DNA of 64,000 nt, taken from positions 7,844 to 71,843 of the forward strand of contig NZ_CAJQNT010000009.1 of NCBI RefSeq assembly GCF_905479755.1, written 5' to 3'. Source of the stretch: an uncultured Schumannella sp. Lineage in GTDB: Bacteria; Actinomycetota; Actinomycetes; Actinomycetales; Microbacteriaceae. Below the pieces are notes generated by a model. That model had not been told where the DNA came from. It searched no databases and saw only the letters and a program-made list of their open reading frames with translations. A program made the position numbers and the translations under genes. Below, piece after piece: positions 62,712 to 64,000 of the stretch; position 1 is the first letter of the stretch; every line of letters starts with the position of its first letter.

Positions 62712-63730
62712 CCGAACAGCACCGCGGCTTCGTCGTAGCGGCTCTGCGGCACCGTCTTGAGGCGACCGAGTGCGTCTTCGAAGGGAACGTTCACGATCTG
62801 CGTGCCGCGCAGCGCCACCATCCGGCCCCAGTGCTTCTCCAGCACCGAATTGACCGCGGCCATCCCGTAGCGGGTCGCGAGGACGCGATCGTAGGCGGTC
62901 GGCGTGCCACCGCGCTGGATGTGGCCCAGCGTCGTCGCGCGCGTCTCGATTCCGGTGCGCTCCTCGATCTCGGGGGCGATCAGTTCGCCGATGCCGCCGA
63001 GTCGCGGGCGCCCGAAAGCGTCGAGACCGCGCTCCGAGTGCGCGTCGTCCATGGTGTCGAGCTTGAAGCCTTCGGCGACGGCGACGAGCGGGGCGCGACC
63101 ACGATCGTGGGCCGACTGCACCCACTCGATGATCTGGTCCATGCTCGTCTTCTGCTCCGGGATGAGAATCGCGTGCGCGCCCGCGGCCATCCCCGAGTGC
63201 AGGGCGATCCAGCCGACGTGGCGACCCATGACCTCGGCGACCATGCAGCGTCCGTGGCTGTCGCCGGTGGTGCGCAGCCGGTCCATCGCATCCGTCGCGA
63301 TCTGCACCGCGGTGTCGAAGCCGAAGGTGTAGTCGGTGGCGGAGAGGTCGTTGTCGACCGTCTTCGGTACGCCGACGATCTGGATGCCCTCGTCGGTGAG
63401 GCGCTTCGCCGCGGCGAGCGTGCCCTCGCCGCCGATCGCGATGAGCGCGTCAATGCCCTGCTCCTCCATCACCTCGGCGACGCGCGGGGCGCCGCCCCCC
63501 TCGAAGGGGTTGGTGCGCGAGGTGCCCAGAATGGTGCCGCCCTGCTTGGAGATTCCCATCACCTGGGGGCGCCCGAGGGGCATGGTGTCGCCTTCGACGA
63601 CGCCGCGCCAGCCGCCCTTGAACCCGACGAACTCCATGTCGTGGAGCTTCGTGCCGGTGAACACGGCCGCGCGAATGACAGCGTTGAGCCCGGGGCAGTC
63701 GCCGCCGCTCGTCAAGATTCCGATCTTCAT
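62708..63730 (-). CDS. pfkA: 6-phosphofructokinase
   Basis: MKIGILTSGGDCPGLNAVIRAAV...IGGEGTL...PKTVDNDL...MGRHVGWIAL. Confidence 0.9.
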   Translation of the reverse strand: MKIGILTSGGDCPGLNAVIRAAVFTGTKLHDMEFVGFKGGWRGVVEGDTMPLGRPQVMGISKQGGTILGTSRTNPFEGGGAPRVAEVMEEQGIDALIAIGGEGTLAAAKRLTDEGIQIVGVPKTVDNDLSATDYTFGFDTAVQIATDAMDRLRTTGDSHGRCMVAEVMGRHVGWIALHSGMAAGAHAILIPEQKTSMDQIIEWVQSAHDRGRAPLVAVAEGFKLDTMDDAHSERGLDAFGRPRLGGIGELIAPEIEERTGIETRATTLGHIQRGGTPTAYDRVLATRYGMAAVNSVLEKHWGRMVALRGTQIVNVPFEDALGRLKTVPQSRYDEAAVLFG

Positions 63731-63876
63731 CAGGCTCCATCATGCCGTGTTTCGACGCCTCCGCGTCGCGCGATAGGTAGCAAATACCTGTCGCGCCCGG
63801 TCGCGAGCCCCGCTAAGGTCGGGGGCGAGTGGCGCCGATTGTCACTCATTTTCGAGCAAGAGACCTGAGGAGAGTC

Positions 63877-64000
63877 ATGACTGACCCCGTCGTTCCCGCC
63901 GCTGCCCCCGCCGTTCCCGGCAAGACCCTGGGCATCGTCGGCCTCGTGCTGGCGTTCCTGTTCCCGCTGCTGGGCCTCATCCTGAGCATCGTGGCGGCCA
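63877..64000 (+). CDS. DUF4190-like small membrane protein, truncated by window end
   Basis: SD GAGGAGAG before ATG 63877. MTDPVVPAAAPAVPGKTLGIVGLVLAFLFPLLGLILSIVAA... Confidence 0.45.
   Translation, partial: MTDPVVPAAAPAVPGKTLGIVGLVLAFLFPLLGLILSIVAA

Noticed and set aside
1-64000. CRISPR arrays, rRNA genes, IS elements with terminal inverted repeats
   Set aside because: Reading both strands revealed no regularly spaced short direct repeats, no rRNA-like segments and no transposase ORF. The only recombinase sequences are the two fragments at 9.4-10.3 kb.

Overview
High-GC actinobacterial chromosome, Microbacteriaceae-like by gene content and synteny. All calls come from reading the ORF translations and the DNA by eye; no searches were run.

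**1. Accessory region, about 1-15.3 kb.** It contains a truncated MFS pump, a MerR regulator, a 1185-aa MobF relaxase/helicase, dead resolvase and integrase fragments, and an excisionase-like HTH. It ends in a 46-nt 3' fragment of tRNA-Ala(UGC), which reads as an att remnant. GC is visibly lower here: hand counts of sampled 60-nt lines give about 47-62 percent, against about 70 percent or more in the core. The cargo looks like conflict or defence genes:
- A PHP phosphoesterase fused to a Rad50/SMC-like ABC ATPase, preceded by a translationally coupled 34-aa uORF and followed by an AlbA_2-type protein.
- A 614-aa DUF4209-like protein carrying an Rx4H motif.
- A tightly packed co-directional cassette: Xis-like HTH, TIGR04255-like protein, XRE-HTH protein, unknown 226-aa protein.

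These are my best candidates for an undescribed system.

**2. Core, 15.4-31.5 kb.** An LAL/LuxR regulator is followed by the conserved actinobacterial division cluster: ppiA, rhomboid, crgA, class E sortase, trpG, pknB, pknA, pbpA, rodA, pstP, fhaB, fhaA, tRNA-Leu(CAG).

**3. Housekeeping and metabolism, 31.5-52 kb.**
- A GntR-prpDBC methylcitrate operon with a palindromic operator.
- An srsABC-like operon (type III PKS, ICMT methyltransferase, flavoprotein).
- nucS, transporters, and an M13 peptidase.

**4. Surface proteins, 52.3-59.2 kb.** Three tandem paralogous LAXTG-anchored proteins built from Cys-bracketed ~92-aa modules. They share a conserved translation-initiation region, long leaders, and terminator hairpins with the same loop sequence.

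**5. Right end, 59.5-64 kb.** A YtxH / holin-X / DUF3618 trio, then hemD, DUF1304, an acuI-like reductase, pfk and a truncated DUF4190-like gene.

Many long ORFs in the track are antisense or out-of-frame artefacts of high GC and were rejected.
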